Of a stretch of 64,000 nt of DNA, positions 28,268-39,639 are shown piece after piece; within the stretch, counting starts at the first letter, position 1, and each line of letters begins with the position of its first letter. Source of the stretch: Alphaproteobacteria bacterium (GTDB taxonomy: Bacteria; Pseudomonadota; Alphaproteobacteria; UBA828); the NCBI GenBank assembly GCA_963422645.2, contig CAXXVO010000008.1, forward strand, positions 288,001-352,000, written 5' to 3'. The position numbers and the translations under genes are program-made. The notes under the pieces were generated by a model, which was given only the letters and a program-made list of their open reading frames with translations, ran no database searches and was not told the DNA's origin.

Positions 28268-29185
28268 TCATGGCACGATCGGGATCGGCCACGCGTGGTC
28301 TGCGAGCAGGAGCGCAAAGAGCGCGAAGAGGTAGATGATCGACGTGCCGAAGAGCCGCTTCGCTGCGGCCGGGCTGTGGTCAATGAGGACGCGGAAGGCG
28401 CCAGCCGCGAGCAGGACGCCCGCCACCAGCGCGCCGATGCCGTAGACCGCGCCGGCAGCCCCGGTCACGCAGGGCGCCAGGCTCACGGGCAAGAGGAGCA
28501 GCGTGTAAGCCACGATCTGACGCCGGGTGCTGCGAGCGCCCGCGACAACCGGCAGCATCGGCACGTCGGCGGCCTCGTAATCCGACGAGCGGACCAGCGC
28601 CAGCGCCCAAAAATGCGGCGGGGTCCAGAGGAAAATGATGCCGAAGAGCGCGACCGCCGTGAGGTCGATTCCGCCGGTCACCGCCGCCCAGCCGATCATC
28701 GGCGGGAAGGCGCCGGCGGCACCGCCGATCACGATGTTCTGCGGCGTGCGCCGTTTCAGCCACATCGTGTAGATGCAGATGTAGAAGAAGATCGTGAACG
28801 CCAGCAGGCCGGCCGCGACCCAGTTGACCGCGAGCCCCATCAGCGCGGTCGAGCCCACCGACAGCACGATGCCGAGGCCAAGCGCGGCGCCGGGTTCCAC
28901 CCGCCCGGCCGGGACCGGCCGCTCCCGGGTGCGCGTCATCACGGCGTCGATGTCGCGGTCGTACCACATGTTGATGGCCGCAGACCCGCCGGCGCCGATC
29001 GCGATGCAGAGCACCGCCACCGCCGCGATCACCGGATGAATGGTGCCGGGCGCGATGACGAGCCCGACCGCGCCGGTGAAGACCACCAGTGACATCACTC
29101 GCGGCTTCAGCAGCGCGAAGGTATCGGCGAGCGCGACCGGCGCCGCGCTTTCCGCGACCGCTACCCTCGCCGCCGGCTCACTCAT
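28268..29185 (-). CDS. ctaB: Protoheme IX farnesyltransferase (heme O synthase)
   Basis: [46 protein letters not shown]. Confidence 0.96.
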   Translation of the reverse strand: MSEPAARVAVAESAAPVALADTFALLKPRVMSLVVFTGAVGLVIAPGTIHPVIAAVAVLCIAIGAGGSAAINMWYDRDIDAVMTRTRERPVPAGRVEPGAALGLGIVLSVGSTALMGLAVNWVAAGLLAFTIFFYICIYTMWLKRRTPQNIVIGGAAGAFPPMIGWAAVTGGIDLTAVALFGIIFLWTPPHFWALALVRSSDYEAADVPMLPVVAGARSTRRQIVAYTLLLLPVSLAPCVTGAAGAVYGIGALVAGVLLAAGAFRVLIDHSPAAAKRLFGTSIIYLFALFALLLADHAWPIPIVP

Positions 29186-29206
29186 CGTGCTAGCCCCCGC
29201 TCCGGC

Positions 29207-30805
29207 CTAGCGGACGCGAGGCAGCTCCTCGTGGGTGTGGAAGGGCGCCGGCGAAGGCACCGACCATTCGAGCGTGCGCGCACCCTCGCCCCAGGGGTTG
29301 GCAGGGCACGGCTTACCCCGGAAGAGCGTGTAGATGAGGATGTAGATGAACAGGATCAGCCCGGCCGCCGAGATGTAGGAGCCGATCGACGAGATCATGT
29401 TCCAGCCGGCGTAGGCGTCCGGATAGTCGGGGATACGGCGCGGCATGCCCGAGACGCCCGAGAAGTGCATCGGGAAGAAGGTGAGGTTCACGCCGACGAA
29501 GGTGATCCAGAAGTGGATCTTGCCGAGCGTCTCCGGATACTGCCGGCCACACATCTTGCCGATCCAGTAGTAGAAGGCGCCGAAGGCCATGAACACGGCG
29601 CCGAGCGAGAGCACGTAGTGGAAATGCCCGACCACGTAGTAGGTGTCGTGCAGCGCGTTATCGAGACCCGCGTTGGCGAGCACGACACCGGTCACGCCGC
29701 CTACGGTGAACAGGAAGATGAAGCCGAAGGCCCATAGCATGGGTGTCTTGAAGTCGATCGAGCCGCCCCACATGGTGGCGATCCAGCTGAAGATCTTGAT
29801 ACCCGTCGGCACTGCGATGACCATCGTCGCACCGATGAAATAGGCCCGCGTGTCGACGTCCATGCCCACCGTGAACATGTGGTGCGCCCACACCACGAAG
29901 CCGATGAAGCCGATGGCGATCATGGCGTAGGCCATGCCGAGATAGCCGAAGACCGGCTTGCTGGAGAAGGTGGAGACGATGTGGCTCACGATGCCGAAGG
30001 CCGGCAGGATCAGGATGTAGACCTCCGGATGCCCGAAGAACCAGAAGAGATGCTGGTAGAGGATCGGGTCGCCGCCGCCGGCAGCATCGAAGAAGGCGGT
30101 GCCGAAGTTGCGGTCCGTCAGCAGCATCGTAATGGCGCCCGCCAGCACCGGCAGCGAGAGCAGCAGCAGGAAGGCGGTCACCAGCACCGACCAGACGAAG
30201 AGCGGCAGCTTGTGCATCGTCATGCCCGGTGCGCGCATGTTGAGAATGGTGGTGATGAAATTGATGGCGCCGAGGATCGACGACGCGCCCGCGAGATGCA
30301 GCGCGAAGATGCCGAGGTCCATGGCCGGGCCCACGTGGCCCGAGGTCGATAAGGGCGCGTAGACCGTCCAGCCCGCTCCAACGCCCGGTCCAGGCCCGCC
30401 GTCCACGAACATCGAGGTCACAAGGAGGGCGCCGGACGGCACCAGCAGCCAGAAACTGATGTTGTTCATGCGTGGGAACGCCATGTCCGGCGCCCCGATC
30501 ATCAGCGGCACCATCCAGTTGCCGAAGCCGCCGATGAAGGCAGGCATGATCATGAAGAACACCATGATCAGCCCGTGGCCGGTCACGAAGACGTTGAATG
30601 TGTGAGAATCGGCAAAGATTTGCATGCCCGGCTCGGCCAGCTCTATCCGCATGAAGATGGAGAGCACCGCGCCGATGATGCCGAACACCATCGCGTAGGC
30701 GATGTACATCGTGCCGATGTCTTTGTGATTGGTGGAGTAGAGCCACCGCGTGATGCCCCGCGGCATGTGGTCGTGTGCTGCGTGGGCGTGGGCGTGGTCC
30801 GCCAT
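29207..30805 (-). CDS. ctaD: Cytochrome c oxidase subunit I (A1 type)
   Basis: [29 protein letters not shown]. Confidence 0.98.
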   Translation of the reverse strand: MADHAHAHAAHDHMPRGITRWLYSTNHKDIGTMYIAYAMVFGIIGAVLSIFMRIELAEPGMQIFADSHTFNVFVTGHGLIMVFFMIMPAFIGGFGNWMVPLMIGAPDMAFPRMNNISFWLLVPSGALLVTSMFVDGGPGPGVGAGWTVYAPLSTSGHVGPAMDLGIFALHLAGASSILGAINFITTILNMRAPGMTMHKLPLFVWSVLVTAFLLLLSLPVLAGAITMLLTDRNFGTAFFDAAGGGDPILYQHLFWFFGHPEVYILILPAFGIVSHIVSTFSSKPVFGYLGMAYAMIAIGFIGFVVWAHHMFTVGMDVDTRAYFIGATMVIAVPTGIKIFSWIATMWGGSIDFKTPMLWAFGFIFLFTVGGVTGVVLANAGLDNALHDTYYVVGHFHYVLSLGAVFMAFGAFYYWIGKMCGRQYPETLGKIHFWITFVGVNLTFFPMHFSGVSGMPRRIPDYPDAYAGWNMISSIGSYISAAGLILFIYILIYTLFRGKPCPANPWGEGARTLEWSVPSPAPFHTHEELPRVR

Positions 30806-30820
30806 GGCCTCTCTCCTTCC

Positions 30821-31672
30821 TCAGCGCGCCAGCGGCGCGCTGGTGTCGAGCGCGGCAAGCTCGGTCGGGGTCTCGTTCGCCGCTGCGAACTCTTCCTGCG
30901 CTTCCTCGACCCAGGCGTCGAATTCCTCCTGCGACACCGCCTCGATCATGATCGGCATGAAGCCGTGCAACGTGCCGCAGAGCTCCGAGCATTGCCCGTA
31001 ATAGGTGCCCTCGCGGTTGATCTGGAACCAGGTCTCGTTAACGCGGCCGGGCACCGAATCCATCTTCACCCCGAGCGCCGGTATCGCCCAGGAGTGGATA
31101 ACGTCATCGGCCGTTGTCAGCAGCCTGATCTTGGCACCCACCGGCAGCACCACCGCTTCGTCGGTCGCCAGCAGGCGAGGCTGCCCCTCCTCGAGCTCGT
31201 CGTCTTCCAACATCAGCGCGTCGAAGGTGAAGTCGCCGTGATCGGGATACTCATAGGACCAGTACCATTGATGGCCGATTGCCTTGAGCGTCATATCGGC
31301 CTCTTCGACCCTGTCGGTGAAATAGAGGAGCCGGAACGAGGGCACCGAGATGACCAGCAAGATGATCACCGGCACCACGGTCCAGGCCACCTCCAGCATG
31401 GTGTTGTGCGTGGTCTTGGACGGCGTCGGGTTCCGCTTCTTGTTGTAGCGGATCACGATCCACGCCATCAGGCCGAACACGAAGGCCGTGATGATGACGA
31501 TGATGATCGTCACCATGAGGTTGAAATCGACGATGCGCTCCATGGAGGGCGAGAGGGCGGTCTGAAAGTCGACTTCCCAATCGGCCGGCTGCTGCGCCAC
31601 TGCCGATCCGGCAGCGCCGAGTGCGCCGCCAAGTCCGGCGACCAACGCGCCCAGTTTCGCGAGATGCCTCAC
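30821..31672 (-). CDS. ctaC: Cytochrome c oxidase subunit II
   Basis: GHQWYWSYEY, DVIHSW, CuA motif CSELCGTLHGFM; GTG start after GGAG is inferred. Confidence 0.96.
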   Translation of the reverse strand: MRHLAKLGALVAGLGGALGAAGSAVAQQPADWEVDFQTALSPSMERIVDFNLMVTIIIVIITAFVFGLMAWIVIRYNKKRNPTPSKTTHNTMLEVAWTVVPVIILLVISVPSFRLLYFTDRVEEADMTLKAIGHQWYWSYEYPDHGDFTFDALMLEDDELEEGQPRLLATDEAVVLPVGAKIRLLTTADDVIHSWAIPALGVKMDSVPGRVNETWFQINREGTYYGQCSELCGTLHGFMPIMIEAVSQEEFDAWVEEAQEEFAAANETPTELAALDTSAPLAR

Positions 31673-32004
31673 TACACTCCTCCACTCGCTCGACAAAAAT
31701 CGCCCGACCGCCGCATTCCCGGCGCCACGCCTGCTGATCGCAGGCCTGGACCTCAGGCAGCCCGGACCCCACATACGAGACGAAACGACGCGGCCTTCGA
31801 CGCGCCGCTCACTGCGCACGAGACGCGAGGGTCCTACCATGCACCCCGCCGTTTTTGAAGCCCCTCGTTGACGGCGGGTGGGGCTCTCGCCGATCCTTGG
31901 GGCGTTCAGGATGGACGCCGGGACCCGGCAGCCCCATATGTCGTGTGCCGGACGCGTGACAGGATGCGCGCGCGGTGGCGCGCGACGAGAGAAGGACGAG
32001 CCCG

Positions 32005-33438
32005 ATGAGCCGCGAAACCGTCACTGATGAGATTTTCTTCAATCGAGCCGGCCTCGACCGGCCGCGCACCGAGGGGATCGTCGCGAACGCTCTCCAGGGC
32101 GCTGACGACGGCGAGCTCTTCCTCGAGTACTGCCAGAGCGAAAGCTTCGCCTTCGACGACGGCCGGCTCAAGAGCGCGAGCTTCGATACGCGCCAGGGTT
32201 TCGGCCTGCGCGCGGTCTCCGGCGAGACCACCGCTTATGCCCACGCCGGCGAGCTCGGCGAGGAGGCGCTGAAGCGGGCGTCCGCAACCGTGAGTACGGT
32301 GCGCCGTGGCCATGGCGGGACCATGGCGGATGCGCCCTCCCGCACCAACCGCTCGCTCTACGTGGAGGACAATCCGCTCGACGGCACGCCCTTCGACGAC
32401 AAAGTGGCGCTGCTGGCGGAGATCGACGCCTACGCGCGGGCGAAGGAACCGAGGGTGCGCCAAGTCATGGCCTCGCTGCTCGGCGAATGGCAGGCCGTGG
32501 AGATCATCCGCGCCGACGGCAGCCGCGCCTGCGACGTGCGCCCCCTCGTGCGGCTCAACGTCGCCGTCATGGTCGGCGATGGTGCGCGGCAGGAGACCGG
32601 CTCGCAAGGGGTTGGCGGGCGCGCAGTCTACGACGAATTCCTCGCGCCCGAGCGCTGGCGAGCACAGGTGGACGAGGCGCTCCGCCAGGCCTTGGTCAAT
32701 CTCGAAGCGGTTGCGACCCCCGCTGGCGAGATGCCGGTGGTGCTCGGCCCTGGCTGGCCCGGCATCCTGCTGCACGAAGCGATCGGCCACGGCCTCGAAG
32801 GCGACTTCAACCGCAAGAAGACCAGCGCCTTCTCCGGCCTCCTTGGCGAGCGGGTGGCATCGCCGGGTGTGACAGTGGTGGATGACGGGACCATCGACGA
32901 CCGGCGCGGCTCGCTCACCGTGGACGACGAGGGCACGCCCACCGGCCGCACCGTGTTGATCGAGGACGGCATCCTGCGTGGCTACCTGCAGGATCGCATG
33001 AACGCACGCCTCATGGGCATGGAACCCACCGGCAACGGCCGGCGCGAGAGCTACGCGCACTCGCCCATGCCGCGCATGACCAACACCTTCATGCTGGACG
33101 GCGCCGACGAGCCGGAAGAGATCATCGGCCGGGTGAAGAAGGGCATCTACGCCAAGAATTTCAGCGGCGGTCAGGTAGACATCACCTCCGGCAAGTTCGT
33201 GTTCTCGGCCGCCGAGGCCTACCTCATCGAGGACGGTAAGACGACCGCGCCGCTCAAGGGCGCGAGCCTGATTGGCAACGGGCCAGACGTGCTCACCCGT
33301 GTCACCGCGATCGGCAACGACTTTGCGCTCGACACCGGCATCGGCACCTGCGGCAAGAACGGCCAGGGCGTGCCGGTCGGCGTCGGCCTGCCCACGCTGC
33401 TGGTCGACCCGATCACCGTGGGCGGTACCGACGCCTGA
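32005..33438 (+). CDS. tldD: Metalloprotease TldD
   Basis: LLHEAIGHGLEGD, PMPRMTNT, GTCGKNGQ. Confidence 0.96.
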   Translation: MSRETVTDEIFFNRAGLDRPRTEGIVANALQGADDGELFLEYCQSESFAFDDGRLKSASFDTRQGFGLRAVSGETTAYAHAGELGEEALKRASATVSTVRRGHGGTMADAPSRTNRSLYVEDNPLDGTPFDDKVALLAEIDAYARAKEPRVRQVMASLLGEWQAVEIIRADGSRACDVRPLVRLNVAVMVGDGARQETGSQGVGGRAVYDEFLAPERWRAQVDEALRQALVNLEAVATPAGEMPVVLGPGWPGILLHEAIGHGLEGDFNRKKTSAFSGLLGERVASPGVTVVDDGTIDDRRGSLTVDDEGTPTGRTVLIEDGILRGYLQDRMNARLMGMEPTGNGRRESYAHSPMPRMTNTFMLDGADEPEEIIGRVKKGIYAKNFSGGQVDITSGKFVFSAAEAYLIEDGKTTAPLKGASLIGNGPDVLTRVTAIGNDFALDTGIGTCGKNGQGVPVGVGLPTLLVDPITVGGTDA

Positions 33439-33536
33439 CCGAGTTCAGAGCAACGGTGCCGGCGCCCGATTCTGCTGCGGGGTTTGCGCGCCTCGTGGTA
33501 AAAGCTAGTAATGAATATTCAGCGGAGACAGCCGGC

Positions 33537-34070
33537 ATGAGGCGCTCGAATATCGTCGTGGGGATGCTTGTCGTCTTCCTTATGGGATTGACGGCGGCCG
33601 GCTGCGAAAACTTCGGCAACCTGCCAGCGCCGCGCCCGGATCCCGTGCAGGGTGGTCCGTCCAAAATCCAAGGCAAGATATTCGGCGACGACGGCATTAC
33701 GCTGTTTAGCAGCGGCAGCAAGAGTCGAGACGCAGCGCCCCGCAGCGGCATTGGCGTCAATGCCTTCCTTTGGCGCGCGACCCTCGACACCATCTCGTTC
33801 ATGCCACTGCTCTCGGCCGATCCCTTCGGCGGGGTGATCATCACCGATTGGTACGCCCCGCCCGAGAGCCCCGACGAGCGCTTCAAGCTGACGGTCTACA
33901 TCCTCGGCAGGACGCTGCGCGCGGACGGCGTGCAGGTCTCCGTGTTTCGCCAGGAACGCGGCGGGGACGGCCAATGGGAGGATCGCACCACGAACCCGGA
34001 TACCGCTGTCAGCCTCGAGGACAAGATCCTCGAACGCGCCAGACAACTGCGCACCGCACAACTCGGCTGA
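33537..34070 (+). CDS. DUF3576 family lipoprotein
   Basis: Lipobox TAAGC; VNAFLWRATLDT..FMPL.SADPFGGVIITDWY; upstream of leuS. Confidence 0.88.
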   Translation: MRRSNIVVGMLVVFLMGLTAAGCENFGNLPAPRPDPVQGGPSKIQGKIFGDDGITLFSSGSKSRDAAPRSGIGVNAFLWRATLDTISFMPLLSADPFGGVIITDWYAPPESPDERFKLTVYILGRTLRADGVQVSVFRQERGGDGQWEDRTTNPDTAVSLEDKILERARQLRTAQLG

Positions 34071-34185
34071 CAAAGAGGCCAGCGCCCCACGACCGGCCGC
34101 CCGGTGCGGCTGCGCCGGCTCATTCTTCATGCTATAGGGACGCCGCTCTCCGGTGCCGGCCGGAGTGAGGGAGCGAGCGTTGCCG

Positions 34186-36753
34186 ATGAGTGAGCGTTAC
34201 GACGCGCAGGCGGTCGAGGCCAAGTGGCAGGCCGCCTGGGAGGACGCGGGCCTGTTCCGGGCGGAGCGCAGCGGCGGGCGCCCGACCTACTACGTCCTGG
34301 AGATGTTCCCCTACCCTTCGGGCCGCATCCACATGGGCCATGTGCGCAACTACACCATGGGCGACGTGGTTGCGCGCTACAAGCGGGCGCGGGGCTTCGA
34401 TGTCCTCCACCCCATGGGCTGGGACGCCTTCGGCCTGCCGGCGGAGAACGCGGCCTTCGAGCGCGGCGTCCACCCTGCCGAGTGGACCTACGCCAACATC
34501 GCGACCATGCGCGGGCAGTTGCAGATGATGGGGCTCTCGATCGATTGGGAGCGCGAGTTCGCGACCTGTCACCCCGGCTACTACGAACACCAGCAGGCGT
34601 TGTTCCTCGACTTCTTCGAGGCCGGGTTCGTCGAGCGCAAGGAGGCCTGGGTCAACTGGGATCCGGTCGATCGCACGGTGCTCGCCAACGAGCAGGTCGT
34701 GGACGGGCGCGGCTGGCGCTCGGGCGCGGTGGTGGAGAAGCGCCGGCTGGCGCAATGGTTCTTCCGCATCACCCGCTTCGCAGACGAGCTCCTGGAGGCA
34801 CTGGAGGCATTGCCGCGCTGGCCCGACAAGGTGCGGCTCATGCAGCGCAACTGGATCGGCCGCTCAGAGGGAGCCCGCATCCTCTTCCCCATCGAGGACC
34901 ATGACGAGGCGCTGGAGGTCTTCACCACGCGACCCGATACGCTCTTCGGCGCGTCCTTCTGCGCGCTCTCGCCCAACCACCCTCTGGCGACATCGCTTGC
35001 TGCTTCGGATTCCGCGCTCGCCGATTTCATTGCCGAGTGCAATCGCGCCGGCGTTGGCGAGCGCGACATCGAGGCGGCGGGCAAGCGCGGCTTCGATACG
35101 GGCGTCAGGGTCCGCCACCCCTTCGACGCCGAGCGGACGCTGCCGCTCTATGTCGCGAACTTCGTGCTCATGGACTACGGCACCGGCGCAATCTTCGGCT
35201 GTCCCGCCCACGACCAGCGCGACCTCGACTTCGCGCGCGGCCAGGGCCTGCCCGTCATCCCGGTGGTGTGCCCGCCAGGAGAGGATGCGAATTCGGTCGA
35301 GATCGGCGATGAGGCCTATATCGGCGACGGTACGGCCATCAATTCCGAGTTTCTCAACGGGTTGTCGGTGGCCGACGCCAAGGCGCGCGCCGTCGCAGAG
35401 CTTGCGGAATGCGGCGCGGGCGGCTCTGCCGTCAGCTATCGGCTCCGCGACTGGGGCATCTCGCGGCAGCGCTATTGGGGCTGCCCGATTCCTGTGGCCC
35501 ATTGCGCATCGTGCGGCGTGGTGCCGGTGCCGCGCGAGGCGCTGCCGGTGCGACTACCGGAGGACGTGACCTTCGATACGCCGGGCAATCCCCTCGATCG
35601 CCATCCCACCTGGAAACACACCACGTGCCCGCGCTGCGGTGCCGCTGCGGAGCGGGACACCGACACGATGGACACGTTCGTGGATTCCTCCTGGTATTTT
35701 GCGCGCTTCTGCGCGGCCCGCGCCGACGAGCCGCTGCCGGAGGAGGATGTCGCGCCCTGGCTGCCGGTCGATCAGTACATCGGCGGTATCGAGCACGCGG
35801 TGCTGCACCTGCTCTATTCCCGCTTCTTCACCAAGGCGCTCAAGCGCTGCGGATACGTGACAATCGACGAGCCCTTCGCCGGCCTCTTCACCCAGGGCAT
35901 GGTGTGCCATGAGACCTACCGCGACGCCGATGGGCGCTGGTACTACCCCGACCAGGTCGAGACCCTCGCGGGCAACCTGGTGACCAGGGAGGACGGGCGC
36001 CCGATCGCTATCGGCCGGTCGGAGGCGATGAGCAAGTCGAAACGCAACACCGTTGATCCCGAGGCGATCATCGAGGCCTACGGCGCCGACACGGCACGGC
36101 TCTTCATGCTTTCCGACAGCCCACCCGAGCGCGACCTGGAGTGGACCGATACCGGCGTCAAGGGCGCCTGGCGCTATGTCGCGGCGCTCTGGCGCCTGGT
36201 CTCGGCTCCGCCCCTTTCCCTGCCGCCCTGCGAGGCGTCGCCGCCTAAGCTCGAAGCGCTGCCCGCCCCGCTGCGCGAGCTGCGCCGGACGATCCACAAG
36301 ACCATCGCCGGTGTGAGCGACGATCTGGAGCGATTTCGCTTCAACCGGGCGGTGGCGCGGGTGCGGGAGCTGACCAATGCGCTCTCCGCTATCGAGGACG
36401 CGCCTGGCGCGGGCCACGTGATGCGGGAGGGCCTGGAGACGGCCATACGTCTGCTCGGCCCGGTGGTTCCGCACTTGGCCGAGGAGGCGTGGCGCCGCCT
36501 CGGTCACGACGGCTGGCTCGCACGCGAGCCGTGGCCGGAGGCGGACCCTACCCTGCTTGCCGACGACGTCGTGGTCATTGTCGTGCAGGTGGACGGCCGG
36601 AAGCGCGCGACCATCTCGCTTCCGGCGGGCCACGATAAAGCGGAGGCGGAAACCGCGGCGATGGCGGACGGCGGCGTGCGTCGGGCGCTTGCCGGCCGGG
36701 AAGTGCGCAAGGTGATCGTCGTGCCCGGGCGGATCGTGAATGTCGTCACCTGA
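34186..36753 (+). CDS. leuS: Leucine--tRNA ligase
   Basis: [24 protein letters not shown]. Confidence 0.98.
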   Translation: MSERYDAQAVEAKWQAAWEDAGLFRAERSGGRPTYYVLEMFPYPSGRIHMGHVRNYTMGDVVARYKRARGFDVLHPMGWDAFGLPAENAAFERGVHPAEWTYANIATMRGQLQMMGLSIDWEREFATCHPGYYEHQQALFLDFFEAGFVERKEAWVNWDPVDRTVLANEQVVDGRGWRSGAVVEKRRLAQWFFRITRFADELLEALEALPRWPDKVRLMQRNWIGRSEGARILFPIEDHDEALEVFTTRPDTLFGASFCALSPNHPLATSLAASDSALADFIAECNRAGVGERDIEAAGKRGFDTGVRVRHPFDAERTLPLYVANFVLMDYGTGAIFGCPAHDQRDLDFARGQGLPVIPVVCPPGEDANSVEIGDEAYIGDGTAINSEFLNGLSVADAKARAVAELAECGAGGSAVSYRLRDWGISRQRYWGCPIPVAHCASCGVVPVPREALPVRLPEDVTFDTPGNPLDRHPTWKHTTCPRCGAAAERDTDTMDTFVDSSWYFARFCAARADEPLPEEDVAPWLPVDQYIGGIEHAVLHLLYSRFFTKALKRCGYVTIDEPFAGLFTQGMVCHETYRDADGRWYYPDQVETLAGNLVTREDGRPIAIGRSEAMSKSKRNTVDPEAIIEAYGADTARLFMLSDSPPERDLEWTDTGVKGAWRYVAALWRLVSAPPLSLPPCEASPPKLEALPAPLRELRRTIHKTIAGVSDDLERFRFNRAVARVRELTNALSAIEDAPGAGHVMREGLETAIRLLGPVVPHLAEEAWRRLGHDGWLAREPWPEADPTLLADDVVVIVVQVDGRKRATISLPAGHDKAEAETAAMADGGVRRALAGREVRKVIVVPGRIVNVVT

Positions 36754-37279
36754 TCGGCCGCTCTCTCGCATCGTTGCGCGCTTGAGGCGCGCGCCGACCC
36801 CCGTCCTCGCCCTCACTCTTTCCCTCGTCCTGCTCGGCGCCTGCTCCGTCGAGCCTCTCTACGGCGCCCGCACCGGCAAGGCGCGTGGCGGCGGCGTGGC
36901 AGCGATCGAAATCGCACCGATCAAAGACCGGGTCGGCCACATCGTGCGCAACCATCTGATCGACAGCCTCACCCCGAGAGGGCAGCCGACCCATCCTGAC
37001 TATCGCCTGACCCTCTCGGTCGAGCAGGAAAAGACCCCGCTGCTGATCCAGCGCGACGACCATGCGACCCGGTTCAATCTCACGCTCCGTGCCCGGTTTT
37101 CGCTAGCCGATAGGGACGGGGCGGTGGTTTACAGCGACGCCGCGCAGGCGACGGGCAGTTTCAACGTGGTCGAGTCAGGATTCGCCACCGTGACGGCGGA
37201 GCGGGATGCGGCCGAAGGGGCAGCGCGGGTGCTGAGCGAGGAAATTCTGACGCTGATTCTCCTCTATCTCCGTCGATGA
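36740..37279 (+). CDS. lptE: LPS assembly lipoprotein LptE
   Basis: Lipobox LGAC followed by PLYG; conserved leuS-lptE-holA order. Confidence 0.85.
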   Translation: MSSPDRPLSRIVARLRRAPTPVLALTLSLVLLGACSVEPLYGARTGKARGGGVAAIEIAPIKDRVGHIVRNHLIDSLTPRGQPTHPDYRLTLSVEQEKTPLLIQRDDHATRFNLTLRARFSLADRDGAVVYSDAAQATGSFNVVESGFATVTAERDAAEGAARVLSEEILTLILLYLRR

Positions 37280-37316
37280 GGCGCCGGGCATCGCACTTGC
37301 CGGTGGCTGACGCACC

Positions 37317-38357
37317 ATGAAAATCCCGCCGGCGCGCGCCGACCGCTTCTGCGCCACGCCGGAGGCGGGCGTTCGGCTGGTCCTGATCTACGGCCCCAAC
37401 GAAGGCCTGGTGCGGGCCCGCGCCGAGGCCTGCGTCAAGGCCGTCGCGGAGGACCTGGGCGACCCCTTTCGCGTCACCAACCTGGACCCGGCGCTGCTGC
37501 GCGACGAGCCGGGCAGGCTTGCCGACGAAGCAGCGGCGCTCTCGCTGATCGGCGGTCGACGCGCCGTCCGCCTGCGCGGGGCGACCGAGGCTGTGGTTCC
37601 CGCAATCCGCTCGTGCCTCGCGCTGCCGGCCACGGAGAGTCTGGTGATCGCGGAGGCCGGGCTGCTAACCCCACGTTCAGGCCTCAGGCGTCTGTGCGAG
37701 CAGGACTCTCACCTCGCTGCCGTCGCCTGCTACGACGAAAGCGCCGCGGACGCCGCAGGGTTGATCGAGGCCCTCTGCACCAAGCGCGGCATCAAGGTGG
37801 CATCCGAGACCGCCGCCTGGCTTGCCGAGCGCCTGGGCAGCGACCGCCGCCAGATCGAGAGCGGGGTCGAGAAGCTCGCAGTCTATCTCGGCGATCCGGG
37901 GGCCGAGGGCGGCGTGCTCACGATGGAGGTCGCGGAGGTCTGCGTCGGTGATGCGGCCGAGGCATCCGCCGATGCGGTTGCGCGTCTGGCCCTGTCCGGC
38001 GACCGTGAGGGGCTGGACCGGGCGATGTCGCGGGCGCTCTACGGCGGCGTCCAGCCGATCACCATCCTCCGCGCTGCGGCCCGGCGTCTTGCGCGCCTTC
38101 ATCTCGCGGTTGCCGCGCTGGAAGGCGGCGCCAGCCGGGCGGATGCGATGGGCGGCCTCAAGCCACCCGTATTCCCCCGAGAGCGTGCCGCGTTCGGGCA
38201 GGAGATGACGCGTTGGCCCAGCGCCCGCGCCGCCCGCGCGCTGGGGCTGCTGACCCGTGCCGAGCGCGACTGCAAGATTTCCGGCGGCGCGCCCGAGGCG
38301 ATCTGTTGGCAGGCGCTGCTCCGGGTCGCGCGTGCGGCCCGCAGACAGGGTGCTTGA
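37317..38357 (+). CDS. holA: DNA polymerase III subunit delta
   Basis: LIYGPNEGLV...DEAAALSLIGGRRAV...CY...EKLAVY; synteny. Confidence 0.92.
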   Translation: MKIPPARADRFCATPEAGVRLVLIYGPNEGLVRARAEACVKAVAEDLGDPFRVTNLDPALLRDEPGRLADEAAALSLIGGRRAVRLRGATEAVVPAIRSCLALPATESLVIAEAGLLTPRSGLRRLCEQDSHLAAVACYDESAADAAGLIEALCTKRGIKVASETAAWLAERLGSDRRQIESGVEKLAVYLGDPGAEGGVLTMEVAEVCVGDAAEASADAVARLALSGDREGLDRAMSRALYGGVQPITILRAAARRLARLHLAVAALEGGASRADAMGGLKPPVFPRERAAFGQEMTRWPSARAARALGLLTRAERDCKISGGAPEAICWQALLRVARAARRQGA

Positions 38358-38374
38358 GCGGAACGACCTTCGCG

Positions 38375-38788
38375 TCAGGCGGCGATGCCCGCCAGGGTGC
38401 AGATGCGCCGCCACTCGGCTGCAGACACGGGGCTTACGGAAAGTCGCGATTGGCGCACGAGCTGCATGTCCTGGAGAGCCGGGTCTTCCTTGATCTGCTT
38501 CAGCGAGACCGGCTGACCCACCGGAACCACGGCTTTGACGTCGACCATGCCGAAGCGCCCGGAGGAGTCGGTGGGATCGGGGTAGTGCTCCTTGACGACC
38601 TCGACGACGCCGACGATCTCCTTCGCATTGACCGAGTGGTAGAAGAAGCAGCGGTCGCCCTGCTTCATGGCCTTCATGTTGTTGTTCGCCTGATGGTTGC
38701 GCACGCCATCCCATTCGGTGACGACATCGCGCACCTGGTCGTCCCACGACCAGGATCCGGGTTCCGATTTCAAGAGCCAATAGGCCAT
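38375..38788 (-). CDS. EVE domain protein
   Basis: MAYWLLKSEP, WDGVRNHQA, FFYHS, RLSVSPV. Confidence 0.95.
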   Translation of the reverse strand: MAYWLLKSEPGSWSWDDQVRDVVTEWDGVRNHQANNNMKAMKQGDRCFFYHSVNAKEIVGVVEVVKEHYPDPTDSSGRFGMVDVKAVVPVGQPVSLKQIKEDPALQDMQLVRQSRLSVSPVSAAEWRRICTLAGIAA

Positions 38789-38989
38789 TCCGCGCCCCTC
38801 CAAACGACCGCTTCGCCGTGAGCTAAGTGTAGCCAACCGGCACCCGGCCGTCAGCCGTCGCACCTTCTGCCCACAGGTCGCCGTCTTGATGTCGGCGAAC
38901 GATGCCCCCACACTAAGACAATTGCTAGATAAGGAGTCTGTCGGGTGGTGCCGTGAGCGGTGCCGGCGGCGGCGGGTGAACGCGGGGAA

Positions 38990-39199
38990 ATGTCGTTCTT
39001 CGAAATGGGCGGCTACGCTGCCTATGTGTGGCCGGCCTTCGGTGCCGCGGCCGTGATCATGGTCGCGCTCCTCGTGCTGAGCATCCGCACCATGCGCGCG
39101 CGGGAGGCGGCGCTCAGGGCTCTTGAGGCGACCGCCCGCCGGCAGCGTGCCGCCGATGGAGACGGCGACCGTGACGGGGAGCAGAACGCCCCGGCATGA
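38990..39199 (+). CDS. ccmD: Heme exporter protein CcmD
   Basis: FFEMGGYAAYVWPAFG followed by a transmembrane helix. Confidence 0.88.
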   Translation: MSFFEMGGYAAYVWPAFGAAAVIMVALLVLSIRTMRAREAALRALEATARRQRAADGDGDRDGEQNAPA

Positions 39200-39639
39200 A
39201 GCGCAAGCACTGGCGGTTGGTCTTTGTCGGCGGAGGGCTCGGCGCGCTTGGCCTCGCGGCGGGCCTTGTGCTCACCGCGCTCGATGACACGCTCGTCTTC
39301 TTCCAAGACCCGAGCACGATCAAGGAGCAGCAGTTTTCGCCTGAGCAGCGGCTTCGCGTGGGTGGTCTGGTAGAGGAAGAAAGCGTGGTGAGGGGTGACG
39401 ATGGGCTCACGGTGCGCTTCACCATTACCGACCTTGCTCACACCGTGCCCGTGACCTATCGCGGTATTCTGCCCGACCTGTTCCGTGAGGGGCAGGGGGT
39501 GGTGGCCGAAGGTTATCTGAAGGGCGGCGTGTTCGAGGCCGATGAGGTGCTTGCCAAGCATGATGAGAATTACATGCCCCGCGAAGTAGCGGACGCGCTG
39601 AGGAAGTCCGGTAACTGGAAGGGTGAGGGCGCCGAATGA
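39196..39639 (+). CDS. ccmE: Heme chaperone CcmE
   Basis: LPDLFREGQGVV, LAKHDENYMP. Confidence 0.96.
   Translation: MKRKHWRLVFVGGGLGALGLAAGLVLTALDDTLVFFQDPSTIKEQQFSPEQRLRVGGLVEEESVVRGDDGLTVRFTITDLAHTVPVTYRGILPDLFREGQGVVAEGYLKGGVFEADEVLAKHDENYMPREVADALRKSGNWKGEGAE

Noticed and set aside
38886-38899. FNR/FixK box upstream of ccmD
   Set aside because: Only the TTGAT half-site matches; the second half (GCGAA) is poor.
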